Shown here: positions 19,301 to 28,501 of the stretch, piece after piece
Layout: every line of letters begins with the position of its first letter
Position numbering within the stretch: the stretch's first letter is position 1
Made by a program: the position numbers and the translations under genes
The notes under the pieces: model-generated
Database searches by the model: none
What the model saw: the letters and a program-made list of their open reading frames with translations, nothing else
Told to the model about the DNA's origin: nothing
Virus record (IMG/VR): IMGVR_UViG_3300020442_000563
Location: 1 to 59,924 of that record
Source: a virus
Lineage: Duplodnaviria > Caudoviricetes
Strand: one strand, 5' to 3'
Length of the DNA: 59,924 nucleotides

Positions 19301-21600
19301 TCAAATGTCTGTTTGACATCTTCAACTTTGGCAAAGTTTCTAAGTAATCCAGAACCAGTATACTCGTAAGTATTTTTGACAACAGCTCCACCTGTAAAGG
19401 AGAAGAGCATTTGTTTCTCTTCTGGATTAAAGGTGAGAGATTCTGCTGCACCAGAGAATTTCTTGAGTGAACCAGAACCGACATAAGATTCTGTATGCTT
19501 CTCAACGAGAACACCAGAAATTCTGTATAGTCCTGTGGTGTGTTGAGCACTCCAGCGTATTGACTCTGCTGCACCTGAAAGTGTGGAAAGTCTTCCAGAT
19601 CCAATTTCTCTGAATGTAGAACTTTCTTTTCCGAGTCCAGCAAAGGAGAACAGAATTTGTTCTTCTGTTGGATTGAAGGTAAGAGATTCTGCTGCACCAC
19701 TGAATTTCTTGAGAGATCCAGAACCAACAAAGTCTCTTGCTCTAGTTGTAGTAGCAAGTGATAAGAATCTGAACAGACCATCTACACCAAGAGCAGCAGA
19801 TGTTGTTTCAGCAGCACCACCTGCTGTAAAGAGAATACCACTACCTTCTTCAGAAACATCAAGTGGTAATGAAGTCTTACCAAGAATCTTGAAGATTGGT
19901 GGTTCGCCAGTACTTGTCCAATCGTAAACACGAAGAGGAATAACCTCAACTTGAGAAGTAAATCGTAGACCGAGACCGTAAGGTCTTCTTAGATCACTTC
20001 TCTCTCCAAGTATCCAACCATGATCAATTCTTGGGGCAGCAGCCTCAGCAACATTTCCATAATCAATGTAATCAGATGGTGTTGTTTGTACTGTTGGAAT
20101 TCCATAAGTAACACCTGGCGCAATAGCAAGTGTAGTGCCAGGTGCAACCTTAGTACATCCAGTAGATGCTGTAGTATTTGTGGATATAGTTCCACTGACA
20201 GCAGTACAATTGGATACATTTTGATTAATAAGGAATCCATAGTCAACGTCTTTGTATGGAACAAACGCTGTCTGACTAAAGACATCAGTGTGCTTCTCGT
20301 GTGAAGTCTCGTTAAATTGTTTGAGTAGAACATTACCAACTTTTGTGGTAGCATTCCATCTATTAGTATTATCGCCAGGATCTCGCCAGTATTTTCCTAG
20401 AGCTTGATCAATCTCTAGTGTGAGGTTTGCAAGTTCTCCTAACTCATAGGTTACTGGTTTCCTTGGTTTTAACTTAAGGACACCACCAGAACCAGTGTAA
20501 TCAAATGTATTCTTAACATCCTCAACCTTAGCAAAGTTCTTAAGTCTTCCAGAACCTACGTAAGTTTCAGTATGTTTTTCTGCTGTGATACCGCCAACAA
20601 ACGAGAACAGCATTTGCTTCTCGTCTGGATTAAATGTAGAGGACTCGGCGGAACCACCAAATTTTCTAAGATTACCATCACCAGAAGTGATCGCAGTAAT
20701 AACTGGAATTCCGTTACCATCAAGATGAAGGGTTCCACCCTCGCTGAAGTAGAAGCGAGGGATGGATTCTCCTCCAGTACCAGAAATATGGAAACTTCGG
20801 ACCTTCCCATCCACAATATATCCATATATTGCAGGAGATACTTGAGCACCAAATTTCTTGAGTCTACCAGAACCAACCCAAGAGTTGGTTGCTCTCGCCT
20901 GTGCCTCGCCAATAATTTTCTTGAATCCGAAGCGAGTTACAAATCCATCTAGGATATGTCCGTAATTCTCTTCGCCACTTCCATGCTCTTCAGCAACACT
21001 ACCATAATCATTGGTTATTGTTGCATTAGCAGTTATCAATCCATAATCTAATTCGTTATAATCTTCTGTATAATCAGGTTCGTAGTTATAAACTCTACAT
21101 TCAGCAGCACCAACGAACCTTGATATTGGTTGCCATACATCAAATACAAACTGGAACGAATCAATTCTTCTCGCACCAATTCCAGCATTGATTACAGAAG
21201 GACCATGTTGTCCTACTGTTTCTGATATATTACCTGCTTCATAGGAGTATACACATACTCCACCACTACACACAATACTTGTTACAGGTTGAGATTTGGT
21301 AAACGTTGTTGCAGCGCCACCAATTAAAAATCTTCCTCTAGAACCAACAACAAAAATACCACCAGTTGCTATTTGAGTATCATTACCAACACCACTTCCT
21401 TTTACCTGAGATCCAATTCCATATGAACCATATTCTCCAACAGTTCCATATGTAACTTCTTCAATTCTCTGAGTTTGTTTTGTATCTTCCCACCAATCAT
21501 CCAGAGTATATGAAACATTCAAGTCGCCAACAGTCAGATCCCGATAATCAGAAAGATATCGGGATGTTCTGCCGCCTGATTTGTAGGAGAAACTTGTCAT
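16399..21600 (-). CDS. large repeat-rich virion structural protein
   Basis: About 10 copies of GSGSL(K/R)KFSGAAESxTxNPxExQMLFSFTG plus a larger internal duplication. Confidence 0.85.
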   Translation of the reverse strand: MTSFSYKSGGRTSRYLSDYRDLTVGDLNVSYTLDDWWEDTKQTQRIEEVTYGTVGEYGSYGIGSQVKGSGVGNDTQIATGGIFVVGSRGRFLIGGAATTFTKSQPVTSIVCSGGVCVYSYEAGNISETVGQHGPSVINAGIGARRIDSFQFVFDVWQPISRFVGAAECRVYNYEPDYTEDYNELDYGLITANATITNDYGSVAEEHGSGEENYGHILDGFVTRFGFKKIIGEAQARATNSWVGSGRLKKFGAQVSPAIYGYIVDGKVRSFHISGTGGESIPRFYFSEGGTLHLDGNGIPVITAITSGDGNLRKFGGSAESSTFNPDEKQMLFSFVGGITAEKHTETYVGSGRLKNFAKVEDVKNTFDYTGSGGVLKLKPRKPVTYELGELANLTLEIDQALGKYWRDPGDNTNRWNATTKVGNVLLKQFNETSHEKHTDVFSQTAFVPYKDVDYGFLINQNVSNCTAVSGTISTNTTASTGCTKVAPGTTLAIAPGVTYGIPTVQTTPSDYIDYGNVAEAAAPRIDHGWILGERSDLRRPYGLGLRFTSQVEVIPLRVYDWTSTGEPPIFKILGKTSLPLDVSEEGSGILFTAGGAAETTSAALGVDGLFRFLSLATTTRARDFVGSGSLKKFSGAAESLTFNPTEEQILFSFAGLGKESSTFREIGSGRLSTLSGAAESIRWSAQHTTGLYRISGVLVEKHTESYVGSGSLKKFSGAAESLTFNPEEKQMLFSFTGGAVVKNTYEYTGSGLLRNFAKVEDVKQTFDYVGSGTLNVNPRKPQTYELSELGAFTLDFYSLYNAYINLGNIDFYNQANTNLGPVQLKWLNLEESHEKHTEAYNNSACVDDVDLDYGDLVNQNLTNCVQNSGTISTNTTAANGCIKVAPNTTLAIAPGVTYTIPNQLTTPSVTEDYGLVSEANAPERRDYGHILGTRSKKCPFGAFKITGVAKTHYVENIVSTGLAVSGKSGITLFGEAKTFWTPPYLADGLSNITGTATESYTPAPHIGSGVLYAFSGAAESTSIGAVSGGLFRFGSEGYTLFSLLHPGSGIITVSGTKQESFTPASHVGSGSLRKFSGAAESATFNPLERQMLFSFTGVGAEVFVANPPEKGTEIRLSGSTAPEIRTFAEQPEVRIAISGVADARFSPVYIGSGTFKKFSGAAESITFNPEEKQMLFSFTGSGTEVFSANPPEEVAELRLRGTTEPEILTFAEQPEVRVAISGDVFARATLRHIGSGSLRKFSGAAESITVNPDERQLLFSFTGTGSERTVAVPPEGDGRLFSFNSATVVSAAAYETTGLFTVSGISLNVRSVSHVGSGTFKKFSGAAEALTFNPEERQMLFSFTGQGSDAVTSVEVGSGGLKIYPEASDIRFVPNWNTSGGIKVRVYAAYRFAPVWIGSGSLKKFSGAAESLTVNPTEEQMLFSFTGQGSESRLAREISKGGTVKLSGDARIVLVPNNIGSGTIFVTGDANAVRARDFAGSGSLRKLSGAAESRAIDITTLPSLFRVYGDGDIARSRPYIGSGSLRKLSGAAESITVNPDEKQMLFSILGQATTTRARDKVGQGTVRTLGDSVARFSPVYIGSGTARVSGDATVVRARDFVGFGSLRKLSGAAESLTFNPTEEQMLFSFTGQGQQRRASKLISAGGTLAIRGTSGDPLLTFAEQPRVEIDITGDSIDLRTRSYQGSGRISNVNNADDAYVRAPYQGSGTIRLSGIAIVQVQLFQPPFTQVWII

Positions 21601-21618
21601 ATCAACCTAGAAACCAAC

Positions 21619-21644
21619 AAAAAAGGGGTCGCAATTGCAACCCC
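21619..21644 (-). terminator. intrinsic terminator
   Basis: Minus strand GGGGTTGC-AATT-GCGACCCC-TTTTTT. Confidence 0.8.
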
Positions 21645-21688
21645 CACATGAAAGTAATGAATATAAACTGGGTATACTCTATGTATAA

Positions 21689-23137
21689 TCAGTCTAGGCT
21701 GACGTTTAGAGTAACTTTAATCTGGTCACCGTTGTTTTGAATAGCGTAAGGACCATTTGTAAACTGTTCAGCGAAGAAGATGCTGCTATAAAGAGTGGCA
21801 TCTCCTGTTCCAGATAGAGCTGGAGTTGTAGTAAATGTACTAGAAGAAGGAACAGTATGAACTGTGTAATGTTGTGCAGTGATTGTACTTGTAGTACCTT
21901 GTGCAATGTAGATAACATCACCAGGATTCAGACCGTGAGCAACAGCAGAACCACTAGGATCTGTAGTCATGACTGAATAATCAAAGTCTACTTTATCGTT
22001 GCTACTTGCTGTACCTACGTTATCTGTAAGTTGATTGCTTAGGTAAACACGAGGACCGATGTCACCTGCTTTCTTAGCAAAATCAATACCAACAATAGTT
22101 GTATTTGCAGGGAATGCATCAGGACCTGTTTGACCAGAACCACCAGTTTTAGTAACTGCTTGACCAACAGTTAGTTCTTTGGCAACATCTGGAATGAAAG
22201 TAGCATCTCCAGAAGCATTACCACCTGTAACTGGTTTATCAATGTAGATGTTCTGACCATCAATACCAGAAACACGTGTCTCAGCAGGAATGTTAGTTCC
22301 AGAAACTCTTTGACCAACTGCGATGGAAGATAGATTGCCACCAGCAGCAACACCTAGAACAAATGCGTTTTGAGCACCACTAGAAATTGCTTGAGTGAAA
22401 GGAGTTTCAATTAGTTCAATGTAGTCGTTACCGATAACACCTTTACAACCTGCTTTTTCAATTGAAGTTCCAAGAGCAGCAACAGTACCACCGTCAACAA
22501 CACCTTGAAGTGCAACTGGCATATTGTTTGCACGTGCTAGATAGTAACCATAAACATTACCAGCAGCAGAAGTGAACGTAAAGATCTGCTCAGGATAAGA
22601 AGCAGTTGTTCTACCTCTACCAAAAGAACATGCTGTACCAGCAGTAATAGTGGCAGTTAGTTTCTGACTTAGTTCAATATTGGCACCATCAATATCAACA
22701 ACATAGGTATTATCAGGAATTCCTGAGGCAACGGCGTAGTCACCTTTTTTAATATCTGTATTAGAAGCAACGGTAATCTGGTATGTACCAGTAGTACCAG
22801 CACAAGTTGTGTTAGCAACGGCAGAAGCGGTAGTAGCAATCGTCCATCTGTTACCATTAAGGAGGATTCCGTACTGTGCATCAAAATCTTGATTCTCCTC
22901 AGTTCTGTTGTTTACAACAAGAGGATATCCTGTAGTAGGTGCAGATCCATACCCACTGTTGTTAGTGGCATTATATGGTTCAAAATACTTTGTCGCAGAA
23001 GGAACGTCCTGCTCTGACGGAGCCGTAGCAGGTCCAGTGTAGAGCTTCAATACCAAGTTCCTTGGAATTTCATGTGTCGCATTCAATAAGGTGCGGAGTG
23101 AATCAATCTCACCCTGATCGGTAACTAGCAGTGCCAT
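21689..23137 (-). CDS. virion structural protein
   Basis: 482 aa with repeated GIPxxTxVxxIDG...LS units; ATAAATA at 23165-23171 upstream. Confidence 0.75.
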   Translation of the reverse strand: MALLVTDQGEIDSLRTLLNATHEIPRNLVLKLYTGPATAPSEQDVPSATKYFEPYNATNNSGYGSAPTTGYPLVVNNRTEENQDFDAQYGILLNGNRWTIATTASAVANTTCAGTTGTYQITVASNTDIKKGDYAVASGIPDNTYVVDIDGANIELSQKLTATITAGTACSFGRGRTTASYPEQIFTFTSAAGNVYGYYLARANNMPVALQGVVDGGTVAALGTSIEKAGCKGVIGNDYIELIETPFTQAISSGAQNAFVLGVAAGGNLSSIAVGQRVSGTNIPAETRVSGIDGQNIYIDKPVTGGNASGDATFIPDVAKELTVGQAVTKTGGSGQTGPDAFPANTTIVGIDFAKKAGDIGPRVYLSNQLTDNVGTASSNDKVDFDYSVMTTDPSGSAVAHGLNPGDVIYIAQGTTSTITAQHYTVHTVPSSSTFTTTPALSGTGDATLYSSIFFAEQFTNGPYAIQNNGDQIKVTLNVSLD

Positions 23138-23170
23138 GTCGTTGTTCTTTTCCTATGTTACTGTTATTTA

Positions 23171-23896
23171 TTAAAGTGCTAGCTTCATAGAAACTACGCA
23201 CCTCTGTATATTTATAGCATAAACAATCTCAAATTGCAAAATGTCTCCAGCAGTCAATGCTGTGTTCCAAGTTGAGAGTGTTGTATTTGTATTAATACGT
23301 TGTCTTGTTCCTTGAGAAATGTCTCCCAAAGTTGGTCTTTCCGTCCCGCAAATAGATGAATAATTGGGGAAATTAGCGTAATCAACCTTCTTAACATCAA
23401 ACTGAACTTGTGCTTCTTGATCGCCAATAATTGTCCACGATTCAATTTTTCCAGAAACATCTAGAGTCATTTCTCCTTTGATTCCAGAAGACATTGGTGC
23501 GGAACCAGCGTCAACAACAAAGTTAATTGTTCTTGTTAAATCAGCAGTAGTAGAGAGTCCTACTACATAAACTTTTTGTCCACTTGTAGGTGGAGTAGTG
23601 AATACAATATTTGTTCCACTAACACTATAATCTATGCCAGGAACTTGAACCAACCCATCAAGAGCAACAATTAATTGTTGATCATTTGCAGGAGTGTATG
23701 GATCATTTCCAGGATCAATTAATGGATATAATGTGGTTGTCCCATCAAACACCCAATTTGTTGTATTGAGTATTTCATTACCATATTGAAGATACTTACT
23801 AGGTATCTCATAGTTAACACCAACAGCATACTTCTTCTGTGGTTCTGATAGAACCTGATAGTTAGAAGATTTTACTGATACATTATACTTAGGCAT
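23171..23896 (-). CDS. virion structural protein
   Basis: FDG...LIVALDGLVQVPGIDYSVSGTNIVFTTPP unit, also seen in gp7. Confidence 0.75.
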   Translation of the reverse strand: MPKYNVSVKSSNYQVLSEPQKKYAVGVNYEIPSKYLQYGNEILNTTNWVFDGTTTLYPLIDPGNDPYTPANDQQLIVALDGLVQVPGIDYSVSGTNIVFTTPPTSGQKVYVVGLSTTADLTRTINFVVDAGSAPMSSGIKGEMTLDVSGKIESWTIIGDQEAQVQFDVKKVDYANFPNYSSICGTERPTLGDISQGTRQRINTNTTLSTWNTALTAGDILQFEIVYAINIQRCVVSMKLAL

Positions 23897-24231
23897 TATG
23901 TAACTCCTGGCGTTACTTCAATAATACCTTCTATAACACGTGTCTTAATACTTTGAGGTGATGTCAATACAATATCATAAACATATCGTCTTGCTTCTAA
24001 TGCTGCTGTATTTGCATTAGTCAACCCAATTTTTAATATCCCATTATAACGATCAACAAAAGTTACAACAAAATCTGTCGCAGTTGTAGAATAATAACTA
24101 CGACGCATTTTTGCAGCTGCTGTATAACCAGTTAAATTAAGTGGAGTGGTATTATCTTCGTTCTGGATGTTAAAGGTGGCATCAAAGTCCGTTCCTTTTT
24201 CCAGCAATAGATTTAACGGAATTGCTGCCAT
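23896..24231 (-). CDS. small beta-sandwich structural protein
   Basis: GTDF...LNLTGYT..AKMR...RYVYDI..RVIEG pattern typical of baseplate/tail accessory proteins. Confidence 0.75.
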   Translation of the reverse strand: MAAIPLNLLLEKGTDFDATFNIQNEDNTTPLNLTGYTAAAKMRRSYYSTTATDFVVTFVDRYNGILKIGLTNANTAALEARRYVYDIVLTSPQSIKTRVIEGIIEVTPGVT

Positions 24232-24237
24232 AATTCA

Positions 24238-24759
24238 TCAATATAAGTATTCGTAGATTGACATAATAGAACCATACTGGTTATTTCTACTGTCCTCATT
24301 GTTGTTTGGGTTCCAAACTTCAAATGGTTTATTACCACTACCACCATCTTTGGTAGACCATCCAACATACCAGTTTCTACTGCCAGCAGCCAACTCTTGA
24401 GAGGAATCGGTATTATCAATGATACGATGTACGTACAAAATAAATCTTGCCCATGGTTGATTTTCGTTTACACCAGAATAATGAACTCCTCTATGTCTTG
24501 GACTATCGTTATTAGTGTTCGCTCCATCTAAATTGAAATAAATACCACACTGGTCGGAATAGTTATTGGCACCAGGAAGCATACCTTCCGCTAAAATCCA
24601 CGAAGTATTAGCATCATACTGTTTAGTAAAACTACCTGACCAGATATTTGCAGCAGAAGAGTCTGAAAGATTAGTTCTAGTGTCATTTCTAAATCTAGTA
24701 ACCTTTACTAGTTTATCTTGTACACTATCATCAGGTACGTGTAGTAATTTTCTTGCCAT
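24238..24759 (-). CDS. putative fibre-tip/adhesin paralogue 3
   Basis: Aligns by eye with the two upstream ORFs (FTKxxD..TSxIL, NPxxxxxSRxxQxGS...YE). Confidence 0.7.
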   Translation of the reverse strand: MARKLLHVPDDSVQDKLVKVTRFRNDTRTNLSDSSAANIWSGSFTKQYDANTSWILAEGMLPGANNYSDQCGIYFNLDGANTNNDSPRHRGVHYSGVNENQPWARFILYVHRIIDNTDSSQELAAGSRNWYVGWSTKDGGSGNKPFEVWNPNNNEDSRNNQYGSIMSIYEYLY

Positions 24760-24761
24760 GA

Positions 24762-25313
24762 TTACCTCGCAATCTCGTAAACTAGAATATGGGATCCTGT
24801 TTGGTGGTGCCTACTATTGTTTGAACTATTTGGGTTTAAGTGTGTAGTTGGTCTAACATTAGTGTTAGCATTCCATCCAATATCTAGACGGTGATTTCCA
24901 ACCCCAAGATCAAAAGTTTTAAAGGACTTATGAACAATGAAAGTAGTTCTTTCATTATTACTGCCTGTATTAACACCACAGTAGTAAATACCTCCACCTG
25001 CTGGACCTGTTGGATGTCCACTAACTCCTGATGGTGAAGAGTTGTATCCATATCCAATTTGATCAATGGTGCAACACATACCAATATGTGGATAGTTATC
25101 CATACCAAGACCACCCATTACGCCAGTAACGAGGATATAGGAAGTTGCATTATCTTTTAACTTAGTAAAAACAAAATTATTTACTAATGCAGATCTTCCA
25201 GTAGCACCTGAAGAAGGACTGAGATCTCTACGAGATTCCTCTCTATATTTGCTGATATTTATAATACCCTTTGAAGGTGCAGCTGCGGGTACGTTAAGTA
25301 ATAGTCTAGCCAT
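24762..25313 (-). CDS. putative fibre-tip/adhesin paralogue 2 (183 aa)
   Basis: Probable start MARLLLNVP at 25313 (TAATG coupling). Confidence 0.7.
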   Translation of the reverse strand: MARLLLNVPAAAPSKGIINISKYREESRRDLSPSSGATGRSALVNNFVFTKLKDNATSYILVTGVMGGLGMDNYPHIGMCCTIDQIGYGYNSSPSGVSGHPTGPAGGGIYYCGVNTGSNNERTTFIVHKSFKTFDLGVGNHRLDIGWNANTNVRPTTHLNPNSSNNSRHHQTGSHILVYEIAR

Positions 25314-25888
25314 TAGTATGCAATCTCCCAAACTCTTAAGTAACCATACCACCTTTCTTCACCCCTTTGATCCATAGTTCCTGTGTTTGAACCGTTGGTG
25401 CCACTACCTGATCTTGGGTTTGGACACCACGTGTGTCCTGGTCTATTGTTACCACCATCATTAGTTTCCCAACGAATGACAATAGGAACAGTGCCTATGC
25501 CTATATTAGAGGAAGAAATATTTGGAGAACGTCCATCCAATGTTTCGGAGTGTGCATAATTTTGATGAGTATATAAAGCAAATTCTCTTTCAGAATTACC
25601 CGTCATTCCCCAGTGATAATTAGAACCATTGTACTTATCTGACGTTTGATTTAACGCTCTAATGCATGGTGATGGAGCATATGAATATGCTTCCAAAGCA
25701 TTACAATGAGCAGTAAAGTACAAATATGTTTCGTTCGCTGCTTTTACTTTCGGATAGTTATAAGTGTATAACGTATAATTTGTAACGTCACTATTTAATG
25801 GACCAACCTGCGACATAATATACTCACCAGTAGAAACTAATTTAGAAGCTACTGATTTTGGTGGCGGATTTTTAATTGCTCTTCCCAT
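25313..25888 (-). CDS. putative fibre-tip/adhesin paralogue 1
   Basis: GGAGG Shine-Dalgarno; shares N-terminal style and VWEIA end with its neighbours. Confidence 0.7.
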   Translation of the reverse strand: MGRAIKNPPPKSVASKLVSTGEYIMSQVGPLNSDVTNYTLYTYNYPKVKAANETYLYFTAHCNALEAYSYAPSPCIRALNQTSDKYNGSNYHWGMTGNSEREFALYTHQNYAHSETLDGRSPNISSSNIGIGTVPIVIRWETNDGGNNRPGHTWCPNPRSGSGTNGSNTGTMDQRGEERWYGYLRVWEIAY

Positions 25889-25920
25889 GATGGTGTTACC
25901 TCCTGTTTATTTGATTTTTA

Positions 25921-26232
25921 TCAGGATAATTCAACACCCCAACATACAAACGCTACGTCTCCGTTAACGGAAGTAACGTCAATTTTGTCGCCAGTTTTTA
26001 GAACAATACCAGTTCTTTCAATAACAGAACTAGCTGCTACGTCAGTACCTGATTCAATTTCGTGTTGAGTTCCACGTGTGTCCCCTTGAGGAACTGCGGC
26101 GATAGAAACATCAGTAGTAGAACCAGCTCTGTTACATGCAGAAATGTTGATAACAATTCCTGTTGATGCAGTAAAGAGAGTAGTCCATGAGTTGGATGCT
26201 GGTTTGGATGCCGCCTGTAGTCCAGATGCCAT
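25921..26232 (-). CDS. small fibre adaptor-like protein
   Basis: INISACNR...IERTGIVL..GDKI...WGVE; lies between a fibre and the tip paralogues. Confidence 0.7.
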   Translation of the reverse strand: MASGLQAASKPASNSWTTLFTASTGIVINISACNRAGSTTDVSIAAVPQGDTRGTQHEIESGTDVAASSVIERTGIVLKTGDKIDVTSVNGDVAFVCWGVELS

Positions 26233-26258
26233 TTTTTAATTTCTCCGATTATCTTAGT

Positions 26259-26266
26259 TATTTATA
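26259..26266 (-). promoter_or_regulatory. late promoter TATAAATA
   Basis: Perfect consensus, intergenic. Confidence 0.8.
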
Positions 26267-26270
26267 ATTA

Positions 26271-28457
26271 TCAAATAAATGATCCACAGAAATATGCAAA
26301 TCCTAGACCACCACTGCCCATATTCTTATAAGTAGTGCCGTCTTCTGTGAATTGCCATTTTCCAACGGTGTTATTCCAACGAATATCTCTAGAAGTTTGT
26401 ACAACTCCAGAACCATTTGTTGTTAGAACAACACGAACACCACCATCTCCAGCAGTAACATTGTTACCAGTTCTCAAATCAATCTGAGCATCTTCAACAC
26501 TTAATGTTGCTGTATTAATTGTGGTAGTTGTACCATTAACAGTGAAGTTTCCACCAACAGTAAAGTTACCAGCAACACCTGTCAAACCATCAACATAACT
26601 TTTAACTGCTGCTTGAGTTGGAACTTTAGAATCACTATTCTGTGATAAAGTTCCATCAGTTGAAAATTCGTTGATAGTAGCACCAATCAGACCACCAATA
26701 GAACCAAGTTGTAATGTTTCTAGACCTTTCAAATCAAAAGCAGAAGAGTCAAGAGTTACTTTACCAGTTGCCTGATCTACCTTGAAGAAATCTCCAACAT
26801 AGAAATTACCTAGTTCGTCTGTTGACACGTGGTAAACACGACCAGGATCAGTCTCGTTAGTAACAATCTGATCTGCCTGTGAAGGTGCTTGTGTTGGGTT
26901 ATTAGGCCAGTTAGTAGTATCTGAACCACCAGTACCAACTTGTAGGAAGTCGTGACCTGTTAAACGAACAACAGAGAATTCCTTTCTTACAGTTACAGCA
27001 GTGCCATCAGGAACAGGAGTTGCTCTAGAAGTTGAGAATACTAGAACGTGATAAGCAATACTATTAGCAGTAACACTACTTACAGTTTGAACTTGATAAG
27101 CATTACCATCAGTTTGATTAAACTGAAGAGAATCACCTGGATCTGCTGAAGTGTTGAATTGTGTTACCAGAATTCTTCCAGACTGGTTTGTTTCTACACT
27201 TGCTGCTGCCATTGTTGCAGTAGCACCAGAAGAACCACCAGTTACAACTTCGTTTGGAGCAAATGTTCCAGACTTACCTACAATGTATAGAACTTTTGGT
27301 TCTGATTGTTGGTTTACAATATAAGCAGTTGCACCAGATGTTCCACCAGTAATTTGCTCACCAGGTGTAAACTGTGTTGTAAGAACGTTTACATAGTTAA
27401 GCATGATACCACGAACGTTTCCTCCATTTGGAGTTTCGCCAGTATCAAATCCTTTTGCAAATACACCGTACTCACCATAAGAGTTTGATGAGTTTAGTGA
27501 TCTAATTTTAGAACCGCCAGTTGCAGCATAACCAACTTGACAGTAATATGTGAAACCAGAGATACACTCTACGTTTGCATTATCTTTTGCCCAAATACCA
27601 AGACCATCACTATGAATAGCAGTATATGTGTGGAACAACATACTACGGTTTCCACCTGCATGAAGTGAACCATCAACAAGAGCACCAGTAGCACCGTCAC
27701 CAAAAGAGGTTACGTTATAAATGTATGGTGACTTATCAGAAATTGCACTTTGTGCGTTCAATGCAAAGTATGTACCACCAATAGTTGCTGCTTCTGGATC
27801 ATGTCCTGGATTACCTGGTTGATATCCGCCCATGCCATCAAGAACGCAGTCTTGAACAATCGTACCATTACTCAAACGGAATAGAACAGAACGAGTATTG
27901 AGTAGAGAACCAGAGGAATCTAGACCAGTTCCTGGTTTGATGATCGTGGCACGGAGGTTATCACCAACGATTGTTGTATAAGGAGGAACAACGATTGGTA
28001 GTTGAACTTCCTCATAAACACCTGCTTTTACAAAGATAACAGCAGGAGCACTTGCAGTGGGAGTACCAATAGCACCACAAGCATACTTTACTGTTTTAAA
28101 TGCTGTGTCAATAGATCCACCACGTCCATTAGCGTCAGTACCATTAGTAGCAACATAATAGACGTTAGTAGCACCACCAATACTACCCCAAACAACGTCA
28201 TTTCCGTCAGATTGGAGAACAGCACCAGCAGCACCAAGATTTAATTTTTGGATTCTACCATTAGAATCATAGTAGAGAACATCACCTCTAGTACCAGTGT
28301 TGATGTTCGTTCCTTGTAATGAAAGGGATCCTCCAGAAGCATAGGTTGTAGTTCCGCTTACGCTCAAACTACCACTTACGTCTAAACTATTACTATCTGG
28401 AATTGAGACTGACGTTCCAGTGCGCCCTTTAATTTTGTCTACTCTTAATGTGGACAT
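26271..28457 (-). CDS. tail fibre, paralogue of 10952..15523
   Basis: Shares VYYV...IFVKAGVYEE, FTYY, VRLTxHDFL, PGRVYxVSTD and EFSTDG..SQN.DSKVPTQ blocks. Confidence 0.85.
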   Translation of the reverse strand: MSTLRVDKIKGRTGTSVSIPDSNSLDVSGSLSVSGTTTYASGGSLSLQGTNINTGTRGDVLYYDSNGRIQKLNLGAAGAVLQSDGNDVVWGSIGGATNVYYVATNGTDANGRGGSIDTAFKTVKYACGAIGTPTASAPAVIFVKAGVYEEVQLPIVVPPYTTIVGDNLRATIIKPGTGLDSSGSLLNTRSVLFRLSNGTIVQDCVLDGMGGYQPGNPGHDPEAATIGGTYFALNAQSAISDKSPYIYNVTSFGDGATGALVDGSLHAGGNRSMLFHTYTAIHSDGLGIWAKDNANVECISGFTYYCQVGYAATGGSKIRSLNSSNSYGEYGVFAKGFDTGETPNGGNVRGIMLNYVNVLTTQFTPGEQITGGTSGATAYIVNQQSEPKVLYIVGKSGTFAPNEVVTGGSSGATATMAAASVETNQSGRILVTQFNTSADPGDSLQFNQTDGNAYQVQTVSSVTANSIAYHVLVFSTSRATPVPDGTAVTVRKEFSVVRLTGHDFLQVGTGGSDTTNWPNNPTQAPSQADQIVTNETDPGRVYHVSTDELGNFYVGDFFKVDQATGKVTLDSSAFDLKGLETLQLGSIGGLIGATINEFSTDGTLSQNSDSKVPTQAAVKSYVDGLTGVAGNFTVGGNFTVNGTTTTINTATLSVEDAQIDLRTGNNVTAGDGGVRVVLTTNGSGVVQTSRDIRWNNTVGKWQFTEDGTTYKNMGSGGLGFAYFCGSFI

Positions 28458-28493
28458 GCTGTTTTATTCCGTAGATTGGCACTTGTTCTGAGT

Positions 28494-28501
28494 TATTTAT
28501 A
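28494..28501 (-). promoter_or_regulatory. late promoter TATAAATA
   Basis: Perfect consensus overlapping the upstream stop codon. Confidence 0.75.

Noticed and set aside
16700-19700. Recurring DNA repeats (GGAGAAGAGCATTTG...GCACCACTG) resembling a CRISPR-like array
   Set aside because: They are in-frame coding repeats with synonymous variation and irregular spacing; no cas genes.
24238-25888. Possible diversity-generating retroelement targets (Asn-rich tips)
   Set aside because: No reverse transcriptase and no near-identical template repeat differing at adenines is visible in the window.
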